64,000 nucleotides of DNA from Kiritimatiellia bacterium (GTDB lineage Bacteria; Verrucomicrobiota; Kiritimatiellia; RFP12; DVOR01): NCBI GenBank assembly GCA_031552845.1, contig JAVBMC010000028.1, forward strand, positions 72,394-136,393, in the 5' to 3' direction. The notes under the pieces were generated by a model. It had not been told where the DNA came from. It saw nothing but the letters and a program-made list of their open reading frames with translations, and made no database searches. Made by a program: the position numbers and the translations under genes. Shown piece by piece: positions 30,071-39,855 of the stretch. The number at the start of each line of letters is the position of its first letter. The stretch's first letter is position 1.

Positions 30071-33000
30071 ATGAAACGAAATGTATTGTTAGTCTCCGCT
30101 TTAGCGCTTGTTTCAATGTGCCATGGTTTTACGATGCCTGTGTGGGAGGTTGGGACGATTACCGGTGATACCGACGTCATTTCCGAAGGGACAACGGTTA
30201 CGGCGTATGCAGTTGGCGGCGCGACGGAGGTGAATGGCGTGAGTTTTGTGAAGACGCCGAACAACGGTAATACGAGCGTTCAATATTGGGGGACTTATTT
30301 GACCGTCAATATCGGCATTCGGGGAACGCGCGCTTATTCGGCTACACGCGGTACCCCAAGCGGAATGAGTGAGGCTTATGTTACGATGTTGCGGGGAGAG
30401 CTGATGGCGTATACGGATGCGAACTCGACCTTTGAGGCGGAGGGAGTGATTCAGCTGCAGGGCTTGATTCCGGGCGCGCAATATATTTTGCAGGTGTGGT
30501 GTAATGATAGCTCAGGGTCGTCATCCGCCTCGCGGCAGACGATGTTGATTGCGAATATTTTTGATGCAACAGTGACGGTGCGGCAGAACATGGAGGCGAA
30601 GGCAGGAGGGGCGGGGCAGTATGCTGTTTTGCGCTTTACGGCCCCGGCGACTGCGCTGACGATCGATTTGACGGCTCCGCATGTGATCGGGGCAACGGAT
30701 GCTATTTTGATTTCCGCGATTCAGTTGCGGGAGGTTGCTGCTACGACGCCGAATGCCTATGCGTGGAGCGGTGGCGTTAATAATGTTTGGGCGGCGGATG
30801 ATTTAAACTGGGGCGGCGATGGGGCGCAGGCGCCTTGGGCAGTTGGCAGCGGCACGGAGGCGATGGCGTTGATTTATCCGCCGCAACCCACCACCACCAC
30901 GGTATTGCGGGTGGAGTCGACCATTGAAGCGGGAGTGGTGTCTTCAGTGGGCAGTACAGTTTTGCAAGGCAACGGGATGTTGAATACCACAGCTGCCGTG
31001 GTTGATAGCGATCTGCTTGCAGATGTGCGCGTGCAAACGGATGTGTTGCAAAAACATGGCGGCGGCGTGTTGTCGTTTGTCAATCCGTTAGGGCATGCAG
31101 TAGGTGTACTGGCGGTTTCAAACGGTGCGGTGCGCTTGTCGCCACTGCCGATATTTGGCGGTCTGACGACCCACTTGGATGCGTCCGATATCACGAGCAT
31201 GGATGTTGACGCGAATGGCGGCGTGGTAGCGTGGCGGTCGGTGAATGGAGCTCCGGCGCGTTATACGTTCCCGACTGCCGATGCAGCCACGTTTGTTCCG
31301 CCGGTGTATGCGGCGGATGCGTTTGGCGGACGCGGTGGCGTACGGTTTGGTTCCGAGGGGCCGTCAAAGTTGACGTCGACAGTAACAACAAATGCCCGCA
31401 GCGTTTTCTTGGTGATGAAGCTGAGTGTATTCAAGGACTATCAAGAGGTCTGGGGGATTAATGCGCAAAACAGTGATACGATCCGCGGTATACGGTTGTG
31501 GGGAGCAGGCTCGCCGAACAACATGAAGTGGTTTACTGACCGTGGCAATACAACCGGCGGGAATGGAGTATTGAACGATGAAGAGCTGTTCTGGGTAGAT
31601 GGAGTTTGGAGCGAAAATTATCCATTGGCGTCGACAACGGCAGCGCAGGTGTTGAGTTTGCAAACGAGCGGCGGCGCGGTGGGTAAGTATTTTGCGATGG
31701 GGTCGTATTTTTATGCGTCGGCTAATCGGACTGGACGGTATCTGCAAGGTGATGTGGCGGAATTGATTGTGTATGACCGGTTGTTGTCGAGTGCTGAACG
31801 GCAGGTCATTGAACAGTATTTGATTGCCAAGTGGGCGGGAGCTGAGCGGCAGAGTCTGGCGGCGAATATTTTGTCGGACTCCATGAAAGTGATTGTGGAG
31901 GCGCAGGGGACTTTATCGCTGGATGGCGTTTCGCAAGAGGTGAGCGGCTTGTCTGGAGACGGCACGGTTGCCGCTACGGCTCCGGCGGAGTTGGTCGTGA
32001 ACACAACACAGGATGCGGTGTTTAATGGGGCATTTAAAGGGGCGTTAAATGTCCGCAAGCAAGGCACGGCGGCGTTGAAATTGTTGGGCAGCAGCACTCA
32101 CAGTGGCATGTTGGATATCCGTGAGGGCAGCGTCATCGCGGGGCAGGAGTTCCCTACGGAGGGTTTGTTGTACCGCTTGGATGCGGGTCGCCCAGAAACG
32201 TTGACTGTAAATGCATCCGGGCAGGTGTCGGCATGGGCTGACTCGCAAGCCGACAGCACTGTGGTGTTCAGTCAGGCCAACGCGGCGACTCAGCCGGATT
32301 ATGTGCCAAGTGCTTTTAACGGCCAGGGTGGCGTGCGTTTTGGTGCAGAAGGGAAAGTAACCTCGTTGGAATATGACCAGAGCACTGTGAATAAGACGGT
32401 GTTTCTGGTGGTGTATACCGAGTCCACCACGGTTGAGTTTGCGGGCGTGTGGGGGAGTTGTGCCAGTGGACAAAATGTAGGATTCCGTTCAAGCGGAACT
32501 GCAACCTCAGGCGGGTATGGCGCTTCAAACCAATGGGGATTCGCAAAGGGGAGTTCCGGCGACTTTGTTCCAGATAACAATAACGGGTCTTTCCGGACAA
32601 ATGGTGTTGCGGTGGGTAATGTAGGTCCCGTTATTCCGGAGTTTGAGGTACAGGTAATCGCACTGAATCGTAAGACGGCGTCTACCTTTGCCCAGACGGC
32701 TGTCGGCGAATATTATTGGGAGGGCGAACGGCCTTACATGGGTATTATCGGCGAAGTGATTGTTTACGACCGTGACCTGACGGCGGACGAGTTTGCTCAA
32801 GTAGAGGGGCTGTTGATGTTGAAGTGGGGGGCACGAAAGGAGACTGCGGCATCGCACTTGTCGTCCTCGTCGGGGTTGGTAATGACAAAGGGTACGGTCT
32901 TGGATTTGAAGGGGAGCGATCAGGCGGTGCGCAGTTACAGCGGTGCCGGGCAAGTGGTGAATGGGCGTTTGATTGTCAGCGAACAGGTCACGGCTACGGG

Positions 33001-33277
33001 GGATGTCGGTATATTCGGATTACCGCAAACTATTCATGTCACGTCGCCTGTTGGCTTGATCAGCATATCTGGTGCCGGAGATTTGAGTACTGTGACCGTT
33101 ACTGTTGATACGGACAGTCTCAAGATCGGCCAGCGCTACCCGATTCTCTTGTGTGATGGTGAGTTTACAGGACTGCCCGTTGTGTCGGGCGTGAATCCGG
33201 ATGTCTGGATGATTCGGCGTATAGGCGATGTGGTTGAGCTGTTCTCCAAAGGCGGCATGGTATTGCAGTTGTTTTAA
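30071..33277 (+). CDS. Giant secreted protein, paralog 1: N-terminal jelly-roll-like domain, autotransporter-associated beta-strand repeats, two LamG-like (concanavalin A-like) domains, conserved C-terminal module
   Basis: The start is set at the internal Met (30071) that precedes a signal peptide MKRNVLLVSALALVSMCHG. LamG signatures VAELIVYDRLLSSAERQVIEQYLIAKW and IGEVIVYDRDLTADEFAQVEGLLMLKW. Beta-strand repeat VRKQGTAALKLLGSSTHSGMLDIREGSV. C-terminus ...ELFSKGGMVLQLF. Confidence 0.8.
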   Translation: MKRNVLLVSALALVSMCHGFTMPVWEVGTITGDTDVISEGTTVTAYAVGGATEVNGVSFVKTPNNGNTSVQYWGTYLTVNIGIRGTRAYSATRGTPSGMSEAYVTMLRGELMAYTDANSTFEAEGVIQLQGLIPGAQYILQVWCNDSSGSSSASRQTMLIANIFDATVTVRQNMEAKAGGAGQYAVLRFTAPATALTIDLTAPHVIGATDAILISAIQLREVAATTPNAYAWSGGVNNVWAADDLNWGGDGAQAPWAVGSGTEAMALIYPPQPTTTTVLRVESTIEAGVVSSVGSTVLQGNGMLNTTAAVVDSDLLADVRVQTDVLQKHGGGVLSFVNPLGHAVGVLAVSNGAVRLSPLPIFGGLTTHLDASDITSMDVDANGGVVAWRSVNGAPARYTFPTADAATFVPPVYAADAFGGRGGVRFGSEGPSKLTSTVTTNARSVFLVMKLSVFKDYQEVWGINAQNSDTIRGIRLWGAGSPNNMKWFTDRGNTTGGNGVLNDEELFWVDGVWSENYPLASTTAAQVLSLQTSGGAVGKYFAMGSYFYASANRTGRYLQGDVAELIVYDRLLSSAERQVIEQYLIAKWAGAERQSLAANILSDSMKVIVEAQGTLSLDGVSQEVSGLSGDGTVAATAPAELVVNTTQDAVFNGAFKGALNVRKQGTAALKLLGSSTHSGMLDIREGSVIAGQEFPTEGLLYRLDAGRPETLTVNASGQVSAWADSQADSTVVFSQANAATQPDYVPSAFNGQGGVRFGAEGKVTSLEYDQSTVNKTVFLVVYTESTTVEFAGVWGSCASGQNVGFRSSGTATSGGYGASNQWGFAKGSSGDFVPDNNNGSFRTNGVAVGNVGPVIPEFEVQVIALNRKTASTFAQTAVGEYYWEGERPYMGIIGEVIVYDRDLTADEFAQVEGLLMLKWGARKETAASHLSSSSGLVMTKGTVLDLKGSDQAVRSYSGAGQVVNGRLIVSEQVTATGDVGIFGLPQTIHVTSPVGLISISGAGDLSTVTVTVDTDSLKIGQRYPILLCDGEFTGLPVVSGVNPDVWMIRRIGDVVELFSKGGMVLQLF

Positions 33278-33306
33278 ACATAGGTGAGAAATATAGGAAG
33301 CAGATT

Positions 33307-36300
33307 ATGAACTGGAAAACGATAGTCGGGATTGTTGTATTGACGGCGGGAGCAGTGTTTGCGTGGCCGCAGTATTCGTGGCAGATGGGTGATGTGACTG
33401 CGGATACGGATGTAGTGACAGAGGGGGAACTCATTGCGGCGTATGCTATCCACGCGGCAACAGAGGTCAATGGCGTGCCGTTTGAAAAGGGATCTGCTCC
33501 TAAAAGTTCCATTAATTGGGGTAGTGCATTTACGGTTAATATTGGATATGTCGGCACACGTGCGCCAGATGAGAATCGCGCGAAACCTGAGGATATTTTG
33601 CCGGCCGTAGCAGAGATTTCGGCTGGGTACCGTAGTCTGTTGTCAGGAGTTATTCTGGCAAATAATCAGTGGGCGGATGAGTTTTCTCCGCAGGGCAGGA
33701 TTACAATTCGCAATTTGACTCTCGGTTCAGTTTATCTGTTGCAGGTGTGGTGTAGTGATCCGTCTGCGTATGCTGCGGAACGGCGGATGATTCTTTCGAC
33801 AGATGTGCTTCCTTCTTCTGTGGAGATGCGGGAGAATGTGACAGGAGGCAATGGGGGCGCGGGGCAGTGGGCTATTTTAAAATTTGTTGCATTGGGGCCG
33901 GAGCAATCGGTGTATTTGTCTGCTCCGGTGACAACGGCAACGGATGCAATTGTCTTGACGGCATTGCAGTTGCGCAAGATTGCTGATTCGGCACCTGGGA
34001 CCGGCACCTTTATTTGGTCCGGTGGTTATTGGGGAGTTTGGGATAAGTCGGATTTGAATTGGGGCGGCGATGGCGAAGCGATGCCATGGATCGTTGGTTC
34101 GTCATCCCAAGGGGTGAGTAACACGGCTGTGGTGATGCCGTCGTCGGCAGATGGTTATGGAATTGAGCTGAATGTGCTGGAGGATCTTGAAGCGGCGGCA
34201 TTTGTTGCATCTTCGGGTGGTCCGGTGACGATGATTGGTGAAGGGTCAATGAGTACGCCGCTTATCGCTGCCGGAACAAATTTGTTTGTGGGTACGCGTT
34301 TGAAGGCGGAGTTGCTGGCGAAGCATGACCTTGGAACACTGCAATTGATTGCTGCGCCACTGGCACATGAGATCGGAGCATTGGATGTGAATAAAGGTAC
34401 GGTGGCGTTGGTGCCGTATCCGAATGTGACAGATGGGGCTATGTTTCATTTGGATGCCTCAGCACGTGAGAGCATTGTCATGGATGCAAACGGCCGTGTG
34501 AGTAGCTGGCGTTCAATTGGCGGGGTCAGTAACGTGAGTTACGATTTTCCGCCGGATGATCCTTCGGAGTTCGTGATGCCCTTGTATAACGCATCTGAGT
34601 TTGACGGTAAGGGCGGAATTGTATTCGGCACGCAAGGCCCAAGCAAGTTGTTGGCTTCGACAAGAATGCGGGTGAAAACGGTTTTGATGGCCGTGCAGAT
34701 CAGGGAGTTTGCCGATTTTCAAGAGGTGTGGGGGGTTAATGGAACAGAGAATGCTTTTCCGCCTGCGGTAAAGTTGGGTGGCTCTGGATGGGGGGGGCGC
34801 GATAAGTGGTTTGGCGATAGCAGCAACCCGGCTATTTTTTGCGATGAAACGAACTTTTGGGTCGATGCAAGCGAGAAGCTGCCTTATCCGCCTGCATTGC
34901 TCACGGAGCCACAAGTGGTGACGTCACTGGCTCGTGCACGGGGGGAAGCGGTCAATAACAAGATCTTTGCCTTGGGGTCGGTTGATTTTCGTTCAACATA
35001 TCGGCAAAGCAGATATTTGCGCGCAAGCATTGCTGAGGTGATTGGTTTTGATCGTGATTTGAGCCGTGCAGAGCGGGCTGCATTGCAGACGTATTTGACC
35101 GCCAAGTGGAAACAGAATGCATTTTCGGTTGTGGTGACAAACTTGTTGCCCGCCAGTATTAAGGTGAATCTGGCGGAGGGTGCTTCGTTGCGGATTGATC
35201 AGGCGCATCAGAACGTTTCAACTTTGACGGGGAGCGGAAAAGTTACCGGTCAGGGAAGAGGAGCAACTTTGGTTGTCGATATGCTGCAAGACGCCAAGTT
35301 TGATGGCACGTTTGAGGGTGGTCTCAGCCTGTATAAACAGGGGAGCGGCGTATGGACGCTGGCGGATAAGGTCAATACGTTGAGCGGCCCCTTGTCGGTG
35401 CAAGCCGGTACGCTAAAGTTGGGAACTATTCCAGCGGTACCAACGGATGGATTGGTTTATTGTATAGATGCCAGCAAGCCTTCGACATTGGTCGTTGATG
35501 CGGATTCTAAAGTTTCGATCTGGCGGGATGTGCGTCCAAGTAGCACAATGGCATTTCGGCAGAGTGACCCGGCTGCTCAGCCGACTTATGATCCAGCGGC
35601 TTTCTATGGCCTAGGTGCCGTGCGGTTTGGTGCAGACGGCCAAGTTACATCATTGCTTAATGAACGGGTGACGACTAATCAAACAGTTGTAATTGTAGCA
35701 TGGACGGAAAACCGTGAGATTCCATATGCCGGTGTCTGGGGGCTCAACAATGTTAACTATGGTTTTCGTGCCGCCGGGTCAGCCTATTCGAGTGGCTCTT
35801 CAAGGCAATGGGCGTATGGGGCCGGTAATTCTGGGGATTTCCTGACGGATTCTAAGGGGGGTATTTTCCGTATCAATGGCAGTACGACTGGCGGTTTGCC
35901 ATCTGTCGCGGAGAGTATCCCGCAGGTGATTTTAATGAATCGCGTGACTCCCAGCAATTTTACTGCGACGGCGATTGGCAAATATTGGGATGCCACGCCG
36001 ACACGGCAGTATGCAGGCTGCATTGGCGAGATATTGGTGTATGACCGCCGCTTGACGGAAGATGAGTATCTTCAGTTGGAACAAACGCTGATGAAAAAAT
36101 GGAGTGCCTCCTCACGCAGTCTGATCAAGGTTCTTCCGGGTGCGATTGATATTGAAGTCGCCGCAGGTGCAACGCTCGACTTGGGAGATCGCGAACAAAC
36201 AGTCAATAGCTTTAGTGGTGGAGGTGCAGTTGTAAATGGACGCTTGTTTGTTTCTGGTACCATCACGCCGACTGGTGCAATTGAGGTCGTCAACATTCCG

Positions 36301-36552
36301 CTTGCGTTGCATATAGAATCGCCTGATGCAAAGGTGACGATTGCTGCCAACGGTGATTTGAGCACAATGACAATCACGATTGATAAAGACAAGCTAGAGC
36401 TGGGTACTCGTTATCCAATTATTATTTGCAATGGTGACCTCACCGGCTTGCCGGTGCTTGAAGGCGTCAACACGCTTGTGTGGAAAGTGCGCCGCGTGGG
36501 TGATGTGATTGAACTCTATTCGATTGCCCGTACTGTGCTGGAGCTATTCTAA
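33307..36552 (+). CDS. Giant secreted protein, paralog 2 (same architecture)
   Basis: 1081 aa. Signal peptide MNWKTIVGIVVLTAGAVFA. Same domain order as paralog 1. LamG motifs IAEVIGFDRDLSRAERAALQTYLTAKW and IGEILVYDRRLTEDEYLQLEQTLMKKW. C-terminus ...IELYSIARTVLELF. Confidence 0.8.
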   Translation: MNWKTIVGIVVLTAGAVFAWPQYSWQMGDVTADTDVVTEGELIAAYAIHAATEVNGVPFEKGSAPKSSINWGSAFTVNIGYVGTRAPDENRAKPEDILPAVAEISAGYRSLLSGVILANNQWADEFSPQGRITIRNLTLGSVYLLQVWCSDPSAYAAERRMILSTDVLPSSVEMRENVTGGNGGAGQWAILKFVALGPEQSVYLSAPVTTATDAIVLTALQLRKIADSAPGTGTFIWSGGYWGVWDKSDLNWGGDGEAMPWIVGSSSQGVSNTAVVMPSSADGYGIELNVLEDLEAAAFVASSGGPVTMIGEGSMSTPLIAAGTNLFVGTRLKAELLAKHDLGTLQLIAAPLAHEIGALDVNKGTVALVPYPNVTDGAMFHLDASARESIVMDANGRVSSWRSIGGVSNVSYDFPPDDPSEFVMPLYNASEFDGKGGIVFGTQGPSKLLASTRMRVKTVLMAVQIREFADFQEVWGVNGTENAFPPAVKLGGSGWGGRDKWFGDSSNPAIFCDETNFWVDASEKLPYPPALLTEPQVVTSLARARGEAVNNKIFALGSVDFRSTYRQSRYLRASIAEVIGFDRDLSRAERAALQTYLTAKWKQNAFSVVVTNLLPASIKVNLAEGASLRIDQAHQNVSTLTGSGKVTGQGRGATLVVDMLQDAKFDGTFEGGLSLYKQGSGVWTLADKVNTLSGPLSVQAGTLKLGTIPAVPTDGLVYCIDASKPSTLVVDADSKVSIWRDVRPSSTMAFRQSDPAAQPTYDPAAFYGLGAVRFGADGQVTSLLNERVTTNQTVVIVAWTENREIPYAGVWGLNNVNYGFRAAGSAYSSGSSRQWAYGAGNSGDFLTDSKGGIFRINGSTTGGLPSVAESIPQVILMNRVTPSNFTATAIGKYWDATPTRQYAGCIGEILVYDRRLTEDEYLQLEQTLMKKWSASSRSLIKVLPGAIDIEVAAGATLDLGDREQTVNSFSGGGAVVNGRLFVSGTITPTGAIEVVNIPLALHIESPDAKVTIAANGDLSTMTITIDKDKLELGTRYPIIICNGDLTGLPVLEGVNTLVWKVRRVGDVIELYSIARTVLELF

Positions 36553-36576
36553 TTGTAACTGAGAAGGACTAAAAAG

Positions 36577-39500
36577 ATGAACTGGAAAATGCTTGCGGGC
36601 GTAGCTTTGCTGAGTGCTGGTGTCGCTTGGGGACAGATTGGGTCTGTCTGGCAGTCTGGAGATATCACGGGTGATTCGGATGTGGTGACGGAGGGAGAAC
36701 TGCTCGCGGCGTATGCGGTGAGTGCCGCGACAGAGGTGAATGGTGTCGCATTTGCAAAACCGACTGCTTATAATACGAATGCATGTGCATGGGGTACTAT
36801 GTTCACAATGGACATGGGGTACTATGGAACTCGTAGTCTTAATACAGCTCGTGGAACGCCAACAAATCCGGAGTTGAGCAACGCGTACATTACTCTATTA
36901 AAAGGCATGACATATGCTAGTAATAGTCAAAGTGATTTGCTGTCGCCCTTGGGGCGCGTGACCATTCAAAACTTAAAACCGGGGGCTGTTTATTTGGTGC
37001 AGATTTGGAGCAGCGATTCTTCGGAGTGGTCCACGACCAATCGTCTGACAACTTTCACAGCGTCATCAACCATTTCACCCTCGGTTTCGGTTACGGTGCG
37101 GCATAATTTAACTGCAGCAAAGGGTGGCACGGGACAGTACGTTGTGCTACGGTTCACGGCGACAGCCGAACAGCATATGATTGAAATGTCAGCGCCGGAT
37201 TTTGCAAATTCGGTTGAGGCCATTGCGCTGAGTGCGATTCAGCTGCGGAAGTTGGCGGATTCGACAGAGGGGGTATCTGCTTGGCAGCAAGAATTGAATG
37301 AAGCTGAGTGGGATGTGACAGACCGCAACTGGGGTGGAGATGGCGAGACGGTGCTATGGTCGGCTGAGGCCGGAGCAGGCCGCGCAGGCGTTATGGCGGT
37401 GTCGGGAACAACGGATGGACTGATAACGGTCAACTCTGATGTGACAGCAGGTACGATTTATGCCTCAGGCGGATTCCAAACACTGCAGGGGACAGGCAGT
37501 TTGAAGGTGTCGCAGATTAATTCGGCAGGTGTGTTGTCGATTCAGGTGCCGTTGATGGGCGATTCGCTTTTGAAAGATGATGCGGGCTCATTGTTCTTCT
37601 TGAAGTCGGACGTTCCACACCAAACCAAGCGGATTACGGTGGATAATGGTTCTGTGATTTTAGGAGGCTTGCCGAGCTTCTGGGAGAATAGCGTTTTCCG
37701 TTTGGACGCTTCCATGCCGGATAGTATTGTACGAGATGCCAATGGCGCGATCAGCAGCTGGAAGTCAGTTGGAGACGTGACATTAAGTTATGATTTTACG
37801 GAGGCGATGGATGCGGACTTTGTCAAGCCGGTGTATGATGCCAATGCATTTGGCGGTAAGGGTGGTGTTGTATTCGGCGCTAACGGCCCCTCTAAATTAT
37901 TGTCGTCGCTGCCGGTGACGGTGCGGACTGTTTTTGCGGTGATGCACTTTGATACATTTGCCGATTACTCAGAAGTCTGGGGCATTAATGGTTTGGACAA
38001 CAATACAGTGCGCGGTATTCGTTTGGCAGGGAGCACTACCGCTACGAGCGCGAAGTGGTATCAAGATGCATCGAACACTGGCAACTTCAATGAGACTGAT
38101 TGCTTCTGGGTGGATGGGGTCGCCTCTACGACTTATCCGGAGGCATCCTTGACCGAGCTACAGGTGGTGACAGCGACGAGCCGGGTGAGAAATGATTCGG
38201 TAGATAAGCTTTTTGGGTTGGGGTCATACAGTTTTTTGCCGGCTAATCGTACAGGGCGCTATCTGCAGGGACGTATTGCTGAGGTTGTCGGATTCAGCCG
38301 TGACTTAACCCGCTCGGAGCGGATTGCTGTCGAAGAGTATTTGAGGACTAAGTGGCAGCAGCCGGTGACACGGCACAACCTGTTGCCCATTGACACAAAA
38401 ATCACGCTTGAGGAGAAAGGCGTGCTGCAGCTGAGTAACGTTCCGCAAGAGCTGGCTCAGCTCAGCGGTAACGGTTCGGTGGTTGCCTCGGAGCCGGTGA
38501 ATGCATTGATTGTCAATGCCGTTGAGGATCATGCGTATGCAGGCACAATTGCCGCCAATGTGCGTGTTGAGAAAAAAGGCCCCGCCTTGTGGCAACTGTC
38601 GGGCGATAAAACATTTCACGGCATACTTGCCATTCAAGAGGGAACGGTCATGGCGGGTATCGACTGTTCTTTGCCTGAGGATGGGTTAGCGTATCGAATT
38701 GATGCTTCGAGGAGTAGTACGTTGACGCATGATGAAGAAGGCAAAGTCTCTGCATGGCGGGATGCGCGTCCCGATAGTTCGGTGGTCTTTCGGCAAGAAA
38801 ATGCGGAAGCGCAACCCATTTATACTCCTACGGCATTTGGCGGTATTGGTGGAGTACGGTTTGGAACGGATGGGCGGGTCACTAGTTTGATCAACTCACA
38901 AAGTGCAAGTATCAAAACCGTCTTCATTGTTGCATGGACAGAGAAGGCCAATATTGAATTTGCGGGCATCTGGGGTTCTGCAGGGGCTAACTTGGGGCTG
39001 CGCGCTGCTGGTTTAGTGATCCACAACAGCAAATCAACCCAGTGGGCGTTTAACCTGTTTAACAGTGCTGACTTCATTGAAGGCCCAACGAAAGGATTAT
39101 TTCGTTCCAACGGAGTGACGCTGACAAGCACGCCCACAATTCCGCTCGGACAACCGCAGTTGATTATGCTGAAGCGTGATGCAACGGCAACGTTCCCCGG
39201 GACTGCTATCGGCAAATATTGGGATGCTACGCCAACGCGGCAATATACGGGCTATATTGGCGAGATACTCGCTTACGATAGAGACTTCACGGAGGAAGAG
39301 TACGAGGCTGTTGAACAGGCGCTCATGATGAAATGGGGTTTGGTTGAGCAAAAGCTGACGCAATGTTTTGCACCGGAGGCCAGTCTTGAGATCGCAACCG
39401 GTGGCACCTTGCATCTCGCCGGTACTGAACAAAAGGTGACTAACTATAAGGGTGCCGGAGCCATCATCAATGGTGAGTTAATTGTGACAGGAACAGTCAC

Positions 39501-39786
39501 GCCGACCGGTGCGGTGGAGATCTTTAACATTCCGGCTGAACTTGCCGTGATATCCCCGAATGGCAATCTAAAGATTTCTGCGGATGGCGATTTGAGCACG
39601 ATGATTATTACGATTGATAAAGATAAACTGGTGCTGGGCGCCCGCTATTCAATTATCACGTGTAATGGTGAGTTGACTGGCCTGCCCGTGGTGTTCGGTG
39701 TAAATCCTGAGGTTTGGATGGTCAGGCGTGTGGGTGATGCGATTGAATTATATTCGATCGCACCCACGGTGTTAGAGTTATTCTAA
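36577..39786 (+). CDS. Giant secreted protein, paralog 3 (same architecture)
   Basis: 1069 aa. Signal peptide MNWKMLAGVALLSAGVAWG. LamG motifs IAEVVGFSRDLTRSERIAVEEYLRTKW and IGEILAYDRDFTEEEYEAVEQALMMKW. C-terminus ...IELYSIAPTVLELF. Confidence 0.8.
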   Translation: MNWKMLAGVALLSAGVAWGQIGSVWQSGDITGDSDVVTEGELLAAYAVSAATEVNGVAFAKPTAYNTNACAWGTMFTMDMGYYGTRSLNTARGTPTNPELSNAYITLLKGMTYASNSQSDLLSPLGRVTIQNLKPGAVYLVQIWSSDSSEWSTTNRLTTFTASSTISPSVSVTVRHNLTAAKGGTGQYVVLRFTATAEQHMIEMSAPDFANSVEAIALSAIQLRKLADSTEGVSAWQQELNEAEWDVTDRNWGGDGETVLWSAEAGAGRAGVMAVSGTTDGLITVNSDVTAGTIYASGGFQTLQGTGSLKVSQINSAGVLSIQVPLMGDSLLKDDAGSLFFLKSDVPHQTKRITVDNGSVILGGLPSFWENSVFRLDASMPDSIVRDANGAISSWKSVGDVTLSYDFTEAMDADFVKPVYDANAFGGKGGVVFGANGPSKLLSSLPVTVRTVFAVMHFDTFADYSEVWGINGLDNNTVRGIRLAGSTTATSAKWYQDASNTGNFNETDCFWVDGVASTTYPEASLTELQVVTATSRVRNDSVDKLFGLGSYSFLPANRTGRYLQGRIAEVVGFSRDLTRSERIAVEEYLRTKWQQPVTRHNLLPIDTKITLEEKGVLQLSNVPQELAQLSGNGSVVASEPVNALIVNAVEDHAYAGTIAANVRVEKKGPALWQLSGDKTFHGILAIQEGTVMAGIDCSLPEDGLAYRIDASRSSTLTHDEEGKVSAWRDARPDSSVVFRQENAEAQPIYTPTAFGGIGGVRFGTDGRVTSLINSQSASIKTVFIVAWTEKANIEFAGIWGSAGANLGLRAAGLVIHNSKSTQWAFNLFNSADFIEGPTKGLFRSNGVTLTSTPTIPLGQPQLIMLKRDATATFPGTAIGKYWDATPTRQYTGYIGEILAYDRDFTEEEYEAVEQALMMKWGLVEQKLTQCFAPEASLEIATGGTLHLAGTEQKVTNYKGAGAIINGELIVTGTVTPTGAVEIFNIPAELAVISPNGNLKISADGDLSTMIITIDKDKLVLGARYSIITCNGELTGLPVVFGVNPEVWMVRRVGDAIELYSIAPTVLELF

Positions 39787-39804
39787 TGAATTGATGGTGG
39801 TTAA

Positions 39805-39840
39805 GCCCGCAGGTATTCGCAAAATACCTGCGGGCTCTTG
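39805..39840 (+). terminator. Rho-independent terminator after the paralog operon
   Basis: aagcccgcaggtattcgcaaaatacctgcgggctcttgtt: a 12-bp perfect stem gcccgcaggtat/atacctgcgggc plus a T-rich tail. Confidence 0.75.
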
Positions 39841-39855
39841 TTAGACGGGGATGGA

